Shown here in pieces: positions 15,001 through 27,000 of a DNA stretch of 64,000 nt. Below the pieces are notes generated by a model that saw only the letters and a list, made by a program, of their open reading frames with translations, was not told the origin of the DNA and searched no databases. Location of the stretch: the NCBI GenBank assembly GCA_965285935.1, contig OZ260665.1:39680001-39744000 (forward strand). The letters run 5' to 3'. Within the stretch, counting starts at the first letter, position 1; each line of letters opens with the position of its first letter. A program made the position numbers and the translations under genes. Origin of the DNA: Ophelia neglecta (taxonomy: Eukaryota).

Positions 15001-16480
15001 GGGCCCAGTAATTTCTTCGCTTATACACTGACTGAGCATATTACTCAATCCGTACTACTGGTCTGATTTCTCTGATGAACAAGCAAACATAAGCTCAATT
15101 TTGAAGGCTTATACTAGGGACGACTTCGAAATACCAATAAATTGTCTGCTTCTAAATTATGTGGGCAACATCATTATAGTCAATAGCTTTATAAATCAAA
15201 TGAATTAGGAATTCTTTCTTTCCTTGGGTTAGTATTGAGTAAGAGACGCTATTGTTGAGTAGTTTGATATAGTTGCATGCAGACCAAGTCCACACAAGTA
15301 GTCCCTTCCTGGTTCATATACAATATAAAACGTGTTGTTTACTTTACATGTTCCTAAAAGAAACGCATTTTTCATTTGTAGCCAGGATTTTCCATAAATA
15401 AGAATTGCATTTTTACCACCCAAACGTAATCATCGTTCTTGCAGCGTGTATATGCTTTTTCGACCTGACAATTAAATTAATCAATAAAAATGATTTAATA
15501 AAATAGTTTAATAAATTGAATGCAGTCAGTAATTCCATGCAAAATTGCCAAAATGTGAAGAAAAGAAAATGACAAGCAATCTCGTAAATTCTTTTCATTG
15601 TTTTTGCTGTGCAATATATCAGATTTCTTTTCGACACAAGGGTTTTAAATAGGCAAAGGCAGACTAGTTTGCATTTTTAAATGAACGTGCGCAGGAGATA
15701 AAACAGAGTTTTAGCACATTTTTTCGTCAAAATTCAAGGATTGGTAAGTGATGCTGTCTTACCGTAAAAAAGACTACAGTGATAATGCTTTGTAATAAGA
15801 TTTGAAGCATAGTCAATATGTAAGAAAATAAATAATTATTTGCCCTGCTATTTTGCCTCATTGGTCAAATTGAAGATTGAATGATTGGCAAATCCTAAAA
15901 AACGAATTGTCCTAACTTTAAACAGCCACTGCTTGAACGTGGTTTAGATCAAATGCATTTTCGTGATCTTTAAAGTGTTTTCTGTTCAAAGAAACATTGA
16001 ATGATCCCCAAACGGCAAATTCCTAGTGAAGGATAGCAACAATACAGAATAAAGCATCCCTATAACGACAAGTCAGTGCTTTATTGTAATGGAGTTAATA
16101 AGTAATCATGACTCTCCGTATTTGATTAAAATACATTATTTGGTTCAAGACATGAGTGTTTCTTGTGATCTTCTTTGCATTGTTTAAATTAAATATTGTC
16201 CTTAAATTGATGTATTTTGTAACTGAAAATACAAATCCGTACAAAATAAAATTCTGTATAAGTTGTGAAACCACCCTCTCTTTCTATTTTTGACATATCC
16301 ATGAAAAGAATTAAAACGGTTTTCTTTGTAGATTTTTTTTTATAAAGGGGCAGATATAAATAATGTAAAACGAGGCCCTCCAACGAATGAAAAGTACTAC
16401 CTGAGAATTTCTTTTTAAATCTTTATATGAAAGAATGTTGTTTAAACCAATAATCAGATTAAACATAATTGATTTTAAAC

Positions 16481-16486
16481 TTTATT
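16481..16486 (-). promoter_or_regulatory. Candidate polyadenylation signal AATAAA (a nearer one lies at 17299-17304)
   Basis: TTTATT on the plus strand about 900 nt past the stop. The motif is common in AT-rich DNA. Confidence 0.3.
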
Positions 16487-17384
16487 TTAATTTGTTATCA
16501 TGAACATAAACGCACTTAAATTGATCATAAGTCACACACGCAATTAGTAAATGGAATTCTCTCATAAATAAGTAGCTAAGAATCTTTGACAACGGCCTTT
16601 CTCTCGACTTTACAAAATGACAGTTTCATCCCTGTGGAGTCTGTAAAGTACAATACATACTTATGGAACGCTCGCTTAATGCAACCTCATGTTACCAAAT
16701 AAGAACTACGTCACTGCTTTGCATTTAAGTTATCATCACGTAATACGTGATTCACTCCACCTATTGAAAACACAAACACGTTTTACACAACACCGCGTGT
16801 CTTGATAGTTTAAACCATGTGCGTAATTCTGAATCAAGCCATGTGCGTGATTAGTTGGAATATATCAATATATTACTCCTCGCTGTACCACAAGTCACGT
16901 GTTATCGTTTACACCTATCACGGCGTGAATTGTATTTAATACTACCTCCGTCATGGAAGAGTTCTTAACCCGTGTACGGCCTAAAGTCGATCCCGATATG
17001 TTTGTCTATAGATGAACTGATGCTGAGATCATTTAGCTCAAAGCTCTTTACTTCCGGTACGTTAGGTTTGTTCACTACTTGTCTGTGGGCCACTGACAGT
17101 GATGGTTATCAGTGCTGACTCACGGCCAAAACTACGGCTCAATACGGTTTTAATTTTGTCGTCCACATTGCAAAGTTTCTACTGAATGCATATCACTAGC
17201 TCCAGTAAAGTCGTACAAAATTTAGGCACTGCTGACGTTTTAAACTGTATGAATAGATTTTCATTAATTTTGCCCTAATGTTATTAACCGATTCCAGTTT
17301 TATTATCAAATAATAGGACAGCATGTTTTTTTAAAAGTACCAGATTATAACTTAGTGATTATTTTTGCTGTTTTAGCTTATAAA

Positions 17385-18001
17385 CTAAAATTTTCGTTTA
17401 CGGAAGAGTGGAATAAACGCCATCATTACTAGCGTCGCCGTCAATGTAGTCAGCAGGAAAAACCAGAAGAAGAAGCGGTCCATCACCTGCGCCACCTGGC
17501 GCCACTCGTTGATTACCTCGTTCTCGTTATCATCTTCATCGCGCTTGGCTACCATGATCTTAAGATATTTAAGGATGTCCTCCATGACTGTCAGTCTTTT
17601 GAGATCGACGCTCGGGTCAAACGGCAGACTGGAGGTGGTGTGTTCTGGTGGACTGGCGTCCTGTCGGCCATTCCTCTCCGTCGAACCTGCCCGGAACTCG
17701 GCTACCGGACTATGTTTGTTCAGGTTCACCTCATTCACCAATCTCAGGCACACTTCCGCGTTCTCATTGTGCTGTAGTTTGTTGCTTTTTTTCTTTTTGT
17801 TTCTCCTATTTTTGTTTTTATTTGAATTTTCTGGCCCACTGCATTGGCAGCGGACAATCCTAGCAAGAACTTTGAGTACAAAGAATCGCATCCAGCGGGG
17901 GACCTCTGCTTGGTGGGGCCCGCAGTGGTGCAGCTTGAGTACGCACACAGTCAGAATAACGGATATGGATGTGACCGCCATGGATATGGTCAAATAGATA
18001 C
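17385..18001 (-). CDS. nAChR exon 6: M3, cytoplasmic loop, M4, stop
   Basis: TTTATTCTCCTTGTAG|GT acceptor (phase 1). Matches ORF 17385-18020: IYLTISMAVTSISVILTVCVLKLHH, VPRWMR and EWRQVAQVMDRFFFWFF. TAG stop. Confidence 0.96.
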
Positions 18002-21000
18002 CTACAAGGAGAATAAACATACATTAGTTCAGATATGGATCAGTTCCAGAGCAAGAACATTGAAAACAGACTATTATAGACGAATACATTCATGCAAACA
18101 TGCAGCAACGAAATTATACCTAGACCTATATAATTATATAGCGGCTTTATGTCAAATTTAGGCGGCACGTATAGGCCTAGTAAAAGGCATAACCTTTTAG
18201 CATTAATCGGGTACCATGCAATGAACATCAAAATCTGTTTGTCCAATACACGTCTACTCTTGAATTTAGTAAAACAAAAGGTATAGGAAACGTTGTATTC
18301 TGTTTTTGACTTCTTCCTTCTTTTACATTTTCACTGTGATTATGCAGGTCCACAGAGCCATATTAATAGGCCCACTGTTTTTTTTGCGTGGATAATTCAG
18401 AAAGTTGAGTTTAATCTTAATAACAAGCACAGTTTATCTAAAAAGACGACCAGGACTTGTATATGCATTACCGGTTCAACACTGCCACGGGTATGTAATA
18501 ACGAAAAATTATGATAATTATGGTAATTGTCACAATTTCACTCATACCAGCTATGATTAACCGAGAGGAAATATTTTATTTTGTTAATTATATTTGAAGA
18601 TGATTTTCTGTTTCGATAATTTAATGGTCTACGTGCCGCTGTATTATTCGATAAGGCGTACCCAAAGTTAAAGAAAACCTGCCAATTTCCGGAAGGAATA
18701 ATCAATTCTACAATATGGGACTGAGTTCCTGCGCTATGATTTTACGTCCTCAAGCTGAAAAATGTTCCACACCATTTCTACTTAAATGGATTGCGCCAGA
18801 AGCGGATAAATATTTCACAACTCAGTGATCCGCCAGACTTTATTTGTAGCGGTTTCTGCTGTCTGGGGATACATTCCATTGCTGAGGAGTAGAGAGCTGT
18901 TCAGGGTTGTGTTTGAACATGGTGTCAATTTATAACGGGCACTGTAGGTCTTGAGTAACCCGGCTTCGAGCCAGAAGAACTGATTGGTTGTCTCGGGAGA
19001 AACACAAGAAGAAGAAATAAAACATCTGATTTGTCCGTTTGTGTTATTAAACTTGAAATGCATGTACCAATGATATAGTATAGGCTAACACTAGGGACCA
19101 AAGCTCAATAAGTAGAAGGTTCCTTATCACCCTGCCACGGGTACGTTTAGTTTGATTACACCGTAGCTCTCAATATTAACAAATCAAATTCATCGTTACA
19201 TTTGAAAATCTAGTGTGCAGACATTCGGCTTTGAATGCTTTCAGTTTCTGAGGCCTAATTTAAGAGACAGAAATGCAAAATTGCGAAATTTAAATAATGA
19301 ATGCAGTCCTGGTATATAGTTTATTGTTATAGGTCCTGGCAGTTTATTTAATGTGTTCCGTCAGACAACAGAAACAAATCAAATAAAGAGCTAATTTTTC
19401 GTCTCTGTCAGATTGCAGACATCTTAGCTTTTTAGGCTCTTTGTGTACTGCATAGGCACTCAAATAAACACCACTTTTTACGTTGCCCTCAACATTTAAA
19501 GACTTTGCGTGTCTACTTTTTGTCCATTTATGGCAAAATATGGCTCCTTTTGGAATACACTGCTTATCATAGAGTCATACGAATATATTAAATGTGCAAA
19601 AAATCAAGATTAGAGAAAAGCCGCCAAATATTTTCAGGTACAAATAATAAGGGTACAAGGAACCCTGGATCGAGGCAATTGCTCATAAATTATTGTGATA
19701 GTAAAAACAAAAGTTGGAAAGAGTTGTATATATAAGGACAGTGTCGTCCATAAACATATCAAACTAAGAAGACAACAGCCGATTATTGTCAGTCTACAAA
19801 ATCCTAATAAGCTAACATCCGTAGTTGACCACGGACAGTTTCCTATATTCATTGGACTATGTTCCTGCCCAGCAGCAGCTAGTCTTATTATTGTATATTA
19901 ACTATATGTAAGACATTGGCTTATAGGATTCCGCGAGTACCGTATTAGCTATAATAAACGCCGTGGCGTTTAATAATTGAGCTTCGTTCATTGACCCGGT
20001 GATTATTTTAGCCGGCGAAGGGCCTATATTATAAAATTTCCTAAATCTCGTTAGCGAGGCACCAATATTTAACTTTTGGGGGGATAGAGGATTTTTAAGA
20101 GAGAAAAATTATGTTCATTATGTTAAATATAGCCAGTGTTATAAATCTCCTTGGTCTCCCTGATTCACGGCGTTTATTGGTAGTCCAGCATGTATTTGGT
20201 TATATAGCAGATAACGGTAATGTGAGGACAAAGGAAAGATTCATTCTCCTATTATACAGGCCTACATTAAATACCCAATACAAGTTTATAATAGAATTCT
20301 GCATGGAGGTGCCGGCATTGAACGTGGAAAAGCTACGCGCGAAACAGAAAGCCACAAGCAGGACTGATTTATATATGACCTTTGCCTTTAAACAATAAAT
20401 AGGCAAACACATGAAGCAATATCTATATGAATAAGAAGCATAAATTCTCTCGTCTAGACCTTACACGGACAGAAAAATGAATTTGCTTGCTAAAGTACCA
20501 TTGCCGACATTAATGGGCGGGAACCATTTAGTTTATGTGCATTGTAAGTTTATTAAATTGGAGCCAAGGCTAGCTGCAGTGAGTCTTGATATGGAGAGCT
20601 TATCATAAACCACCAGGATAACCACACTGGAGCCAAACAGAAGTCGATATCATAACTCGGATGGGGCGGATCCTCGTCAACTATAAACGGAATCCATCGA
20701 CTATTTAAACAGAATTTAAAAAAATATAGTCTACTTCCCACAAGTATTTCTTCAAGTAGTATATAGTGTCTGTTTTTTCGTTAAATATGTATTATTTTAT
20801 AAGTACCCACCAATGAGAGGCACGAATTCGCTGGTAGGGGGCATATTCTCGGCAATAAGCAGCATGAAGACAGAGTATGAAAGCAGCACCGTGATTCCTA
20901 ACGTGATCTTCTCGCCGGCGTCCGGGGGCAGACAGAAGGCGAGCAGACTCAGGATGTTGAGCCATACGCAGGGGAATATGATGTTCAGGATGTAATAGAG

Positions 21001-24000
21001 GATCAGTCGGTGGATGATCACCGAAACCGTCACGTCGGGGTATACTGCCGTGCTTATTGGATACACCACTTCATTCCTGACTATCTTTGAGCGCATAAAT
21101 GCCCATTCGCCATTGGTTATGTAATTCGACATATCCACCTCGGCGGATTTTTTGACGATGTCCACTTGGGCCTGGTCGTAAGTCCACGAGCCGAATTTCA
21201 TAAGGCACTCCTGCTCGTCGAAAGGGAAGAATGTAATGTCCACTTTACAGGAGCTGCGAAGTCGGGCGGGCGGCGACCAAAACACGGTCCCGTCCGAGTG
21301 GACCATCGCATTGCTGGGCATGTAGCCCGTGGTAAAATCATCGGCACTGAAAGTAGGAACAGAAATGTGAAATAAGCTGCAAATTACCCATTACATTGCA
21401 AATTACTTGTATATTTATAACGGTCTCACTGACGAGTTTGCTTTGGACTTGCGTAAAGGCGCGTTCTTTCATTGAAATACCTAATTCTTAGATTGGTGGT
21501 TTAAATATAGGACTACAAAACACCTCTTTTTCGCTTGTTCGTTTCAGTTATATAATGTTATTATATTTTGTGACTCGGCTAGCACAATCGATGGACGATA
21601 ATAGGATATATTAAACTTACTTGTTGTAAAGGACAATGTCTGGAAGCCACAACTTGACGGCTGGTATTCTGATAACTTTAAGGTTGTTATAGTCTTTGGG
21701 GTCCCATTGTATTCGCTCATCTATCCATTGCTATAGAGAGGAAAAAAATGTACTTACTTAGCATCAAAGTTACGATTTAGAAGCTGTGCATAAGTTGAAA
21801 AAAGTGTTTAGTTTCCTGATAAGGCAGAAAGAGTGATTAAGATTTGATTATAATATTATCTTATATTTCCTAAAGCTGTCTGCTCCATTTCTTCCAGTGA
21901 TGCTGAGGAGAACATATATGGGGCTTGGATAGGGTAGGGGTCGTAGGGTGTGTGACTACTGATTGTTGCCTGGGGGAGGAAGTGCGGGCTGTGGTTGAGG
22001 CCTGGGACGGAAGTAGGCGTGGCGAACGCGGGTCTTGCTAAAATTGCTTATATAACAGTATAATACGAATGATATCAAACTTTCGTCTGAGTCATTTGGT
22101 AGAGATGAAATAAAGGACCAATGGGCTTTCTCTTATCTTCCAACTAACATACATTCTTTAACGTATGACTAAATACTTTAATATAATGCTCATTAAAAAT
22201 AAACTGAAAACATCCTACAGAGAACATCCCTAGAGTGTGCCTGTTAAAGGGTAAGAATGACAATTTCTTTCATTATGATCCCACAAGCAAACCATTATTA
22301 ACCCCGCGTTCAAATGAATGGAGACTATAAACAAAGCGTCAAAATACAAGAGTACATATAATATAATTATCAGATAACGTGGTTATTTTTTCTTTAAACA
22401 TAAATTTGTCTGAGTTTTTGAAGCCATTCCTAGCAGCATGGTTGTACAAGTTTCAATTTTTTTTTGGGATAATTGAATAAATATCACCATATCGTTTCGT
22501 CATGACACATTCATCATGTGAATCTATTGCACAGCCTCGCATTCCGGTTACTTGTTCAAGCCATTCAGGCAATGATCTAGTAGAAATTTGTTCGAGCAAG
22601 ACAGGTCTATATTTTACTTGACAGTTTATTCGTCATATCTTCCCTGGGACTTTCGCATGGCCGCTTCATTGAGCCTTTAGATCTGTAATCCCCACTCGAC
22701 TGATATGTTTTTTCATATCACTGACACACGAATGGTAACTTGCAATGACAGTGGCGAATGATAAATGCAAACAGCAAAGAGTCTCTAAAAGATGAGTGGG
22801 CGATAATAGCGGTGCAAGAGGCATAGCAAGAGCCATCACAGCTCTATACTACGCGAGTTTACTTTGATCTCGAAACAACTTGTTCATCGCTGCACGATAT
22901 CATGATTTTTACGAGGATCCAAATAAACAAACCGAAGGACAGCTAGTGGATAGAATTTTGATGGCTGGTACGCCCTATGTTAATATAATCTTATACTGCA
23001 AGTTCAATACACCCATATATTGACTCATTCGACTCCGTCGGGATATAAAAATTGCCGTTAATGTCCTATACTTACATGTTCTAACCAGACGTTTGTGACC
23101 AAAACTTGATTTTTTTCATCCTGAAAACAGAAAGAGTCAATTAAAATGATAAGTCATAAATAAAACGCTTAGAAAATTTAAAGAAACTAGTATAGTGTAT
23201 ACACAACTTACTTTCCCAAAATATCTGATAAAAGATGCAAACATTCAAACAAGGTCATAAAAAGGATATTGTATCAAAACTAGAGAAACATCTGGGCCTT
23301 TTTGTTGATATGTCCCCGGTGTCATGGTGAACATATAGTAATAGGCCCCTATATAAATAATGAATGGACATACTCAACCTGGGGAAAAAATTGCCAATCG
23401 GCCAATGAAGTATTGTGGACATTAAAAAAAGGCAAGTAGGCCCTATTTTACTCTGAGGGAGTCAAATGTGGCGTGATGAAAACCTATTCACCGTGTATGC
23501 GACATACATTATAATCCTTAAAATTGAAACTTACATCGTATATCAAGCTGCCCGGCTTTAGACCGTAACACCCTGATTTGAGAGACCACTAAGCATTTTT
23601 CATTGCACATCGTGCGTTAAATCATGTTACATTTTTATACACCCTAATATAACTTTTTTGTTTTAAATATGTAATGTGTTTTCTAGGAAACAATAATAAG
23701 ACTGTCAATTTAGGTTGCCAATCTTATTTTGTCAATAAATTATGTATTTGGGAAATATGAGCTTATACATACAGAAACCATCTGTGTGTTTAGATGCGAA
23801 CTCTTACTTGATAGGAAAGGGCAAGGTCGAAGCTCTGCCCGAGGCAACACAATAAACGTACCTTGACTGGAAAGGGCGAAGGGTGATCTGAGTTTATTTA
23901 AACATGGAATTGATATTAAACATACAAAACACACTCTATACATAGCGTTCTATAATAACCCGCGACGATGGGGGTTCTCAGCTCCGCATTTAGGATAATA

Positions 24001-27000
24001 TAGGAATATTGTTTAGACATAAACCAAGCGTTTTTACTCCCATCAATGTATGCATGAGCCAAAAAAAAACAATCTTTTCATATTGAGTACTGATATCCTG
24101 TAAATAGATAGATTCGTTGTGGGTCTTATTCAATCTAAAATAATTACTTTGTGGCCATAGTTTATTAAACAACGGAAAAATCTATCGTGTCCTCGTCTTG
24201 CGTTTGGCTTATTTTTCACTCAACCCATAGGCTTGCTAAGAATCACTTCACAAAGTCCCTTGACAAACATAGTTTTGGAATATTGTGAAGTATCCGTGAC
24301 GTATATCCAACCACCCTTTCCGATTGGTCCTATTTGTTACGCTATCTAGTGCTGTTTAATTCGATCTGCACGGGCCGGACAGCTGGTATAGATATGTCCA
24401 ATCACATTCTCTTGTCATATTACCTGCCTTGCTGGTCTAATCGGTCAGATTGGATTAAGCCTGACTGGCTTGCATACCAAATTGGACTAGCTTGGCCTTG
24501 ACCGATATAGTTGAAGGGCAGTGTGAGTCCGACTGTGGGTGCCTCTTGGCTTAGTGCGATGTGACATGGGTCAGCTGGTTTATCTTCAAGGCAGCCCTCC
24601 ACATTATAGATCTTATAGCTATCAGATCACGTGGACATGGTTGCTCCCAGTACGACCCCAGCCTGCTCACCTCCTACATGTCGATCATCATTGTCGGGGC
24701 GAGAGAGCCCGCCGGCCAAACAAGAAAGGTTTTAGCGGGGTCTGCTGAGTTGGAACAGCCTCTGTTACCTCCAGAAGTCAATTTTCAACTGAGATAACAA
24801 AGGGACCGTGGTGCTTCTGGCATTAGAGGCATCCATTTATCCTATGACACGAAATGGGGGGCCTATAAAAGGACATCAGGAATTGGTTAAGTCGAGACTG
24901 AATATACATACATTCTCGTTGAACTTACTGGCCAAATGTACGAAACTGTGGATTGTAACAGTAGAAAAAATTTAACTATGAAATTAAGTCATTATAATGG
25001 AGACTGTGTGATAATCCGGTTTATAGAGGACATTCCTAAGTCGTTCTCGTAGTGCGTCTTATGTGCAGAACAAGACAGAATACCAGGTTTTTGATGTACA
25101 CCACTTCGCAACCCCTTCCCCATACAGAAGACTATTTACCCACTCAAAGAAAAAACCTCCGCATGCACTGTGAGACATACAAATATTTGGTTTGTATAAT
25201 TCCTTAGGTTTTTCCAGTTTGTTTGGTATGAATATAACAAGAACATGCGATTTAGAGAAACATAGGAATGCAGGGTACCCCGCCAACCCTTGGCGGGCTG
25301 TTATTCGTCAACAAGGCTGAGGCCAAACTACCTGTTGACACCCCACTAATAACCAGGCTGTTGTTCTTACTGCAAACTTTGCTGCCATATCGGTATCAGG
25401 TGGTTTAGTGGCCTACGCTGATGAAATATTCATACGACCTTTATCGAGGGCGGGAGTAACAAGTCTGCCGGTCTAAAAGTTGATTTGAAAACGTGTTTTC
25501 AGGTGTCATTACCATAACTTATTGATATGGTAAGGTATTTGGAGGAAATTGGACGGTTAACGAAAAAGAACACGGCTCTCGCGTCAATGTTATTGCTCTA
25601 GGCACGAGGTACCTTTCACCTCATTTGCTTCATACACATGAGAAGACCAAAATCTGCACGAGGGCAAAGCCCTGACAGTTAAAAATATCAATTTACAAAA
25701 AATAACTAGTACTGATCCCAGACTGTGGATCACCAAACCGCAGGGACGGCTTGTTAATTTGTTTAAATGAAAGCTGAAACCATGGCAGTGTGGTAGTCAA
25801 AATGTTCTCGTAATTTCCACAAGGAAATTGTAAGTTCCTGTAAGCCATGCATGTATTATCAGCTTAACAAGCTAGCCAAACCCTGGGTGGCCATGGAAGA
25901 CGACGAGTCTGACACCACTATGCTTTAGTGGGACACCGAAAAGGGAACGATTTTCCAGAGACATGCTCTGAAATTCGAGGGGATAACCATTCTCGTTCAC
26001 CAGATCATCCCTCAAAGCATCGAATGAAATGCTAGTGCGAGGGATTGTTGAGACAGGGGAGGAATTCGGGCGGGGGGGGGGGGGGGAGGGGGGATTGCTG
26101 GGGTATACAAAGACACGAAACCAGTTTATAGGTCCTCACGAATGGAGCTTGCTTGTGACTTCGGGCCTACATGTCCTATATAATATAGAGAATCAAATCC
26201 TTATGAAAAATAAAATAATATTATTTCTTGCGTCATTTGGCAAATGACTATCAAAAAATAGGTTCGACTTTTAATAAAGACAATCGATTATTATTCTAAC
26301 AAACTAGAATGTTCTTCTATGTCAAATAAGCGTTAATGATCGATATTTCCAATGGTCATTTGCTTCGCCTAACTTGCGACCATCTGAGTACATTATATGA
26401 CGGACGCCTGACGTCACGTGAGTAAGAGTGACAAATGATGTTTACTGCCGACAGGGGCAGCTGCTGCTATCTATTGGTTTATAACACAATTATTATTTAA
26501 TTTTACCTGCCTCGTCGTACAATGGCCGTGAGCTCGGGAAGATTTATCGACCATTAGATGACCTACTAAAATAGTTATGGGCGTTTAAAACGATCAACGG
26601 GGCCTTATTTCATTTGCAGAGTCTTGTCCACAAGATTATGAGTTCCTTTCCTTAGGACATCGTCATAAGCTCTTTGCTTTCTTTTTGGCTGTAGCAATCC
26701 TTTTTGTAAGCTAGGCCTCTCTATTGCGAAGCGACAATGCCCTAAAATGCTTATGCTCAGCCTGAGGTGAGCTGGATGTACGCCCTTGCTCCCTAGGGAT
26801 TATTTAGCCTAGAGACATTCCAGTCAACGGGAAAACATGATACTGGACAGGCCTTTAGGTGGCAAGAGACCGTGAACATCCTCTTATTTTATCAAAGACT
26901 TTGCAGGAGAGTGACAATTTTTTGTTCAATCTTAATACTGTAGTCAAAGACCTATTTTGCTTTGCAACATTCATATAGTAGCCCTTTATATAAAATATCA

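Noticed and set aside
15230-16480. AT-rich block as foreign DNA or a structured ncRNA
   Set aside because: It has no recognisable ORF, termini or RNA motif, and is consistent with ordinary gene-downstream sequence.
17509-17997. 162-aa plus-strand ORF and other antisense ORFs over exons 5 and 6
   Set aside because: They are antisense shadows of the nAChR coding exons.
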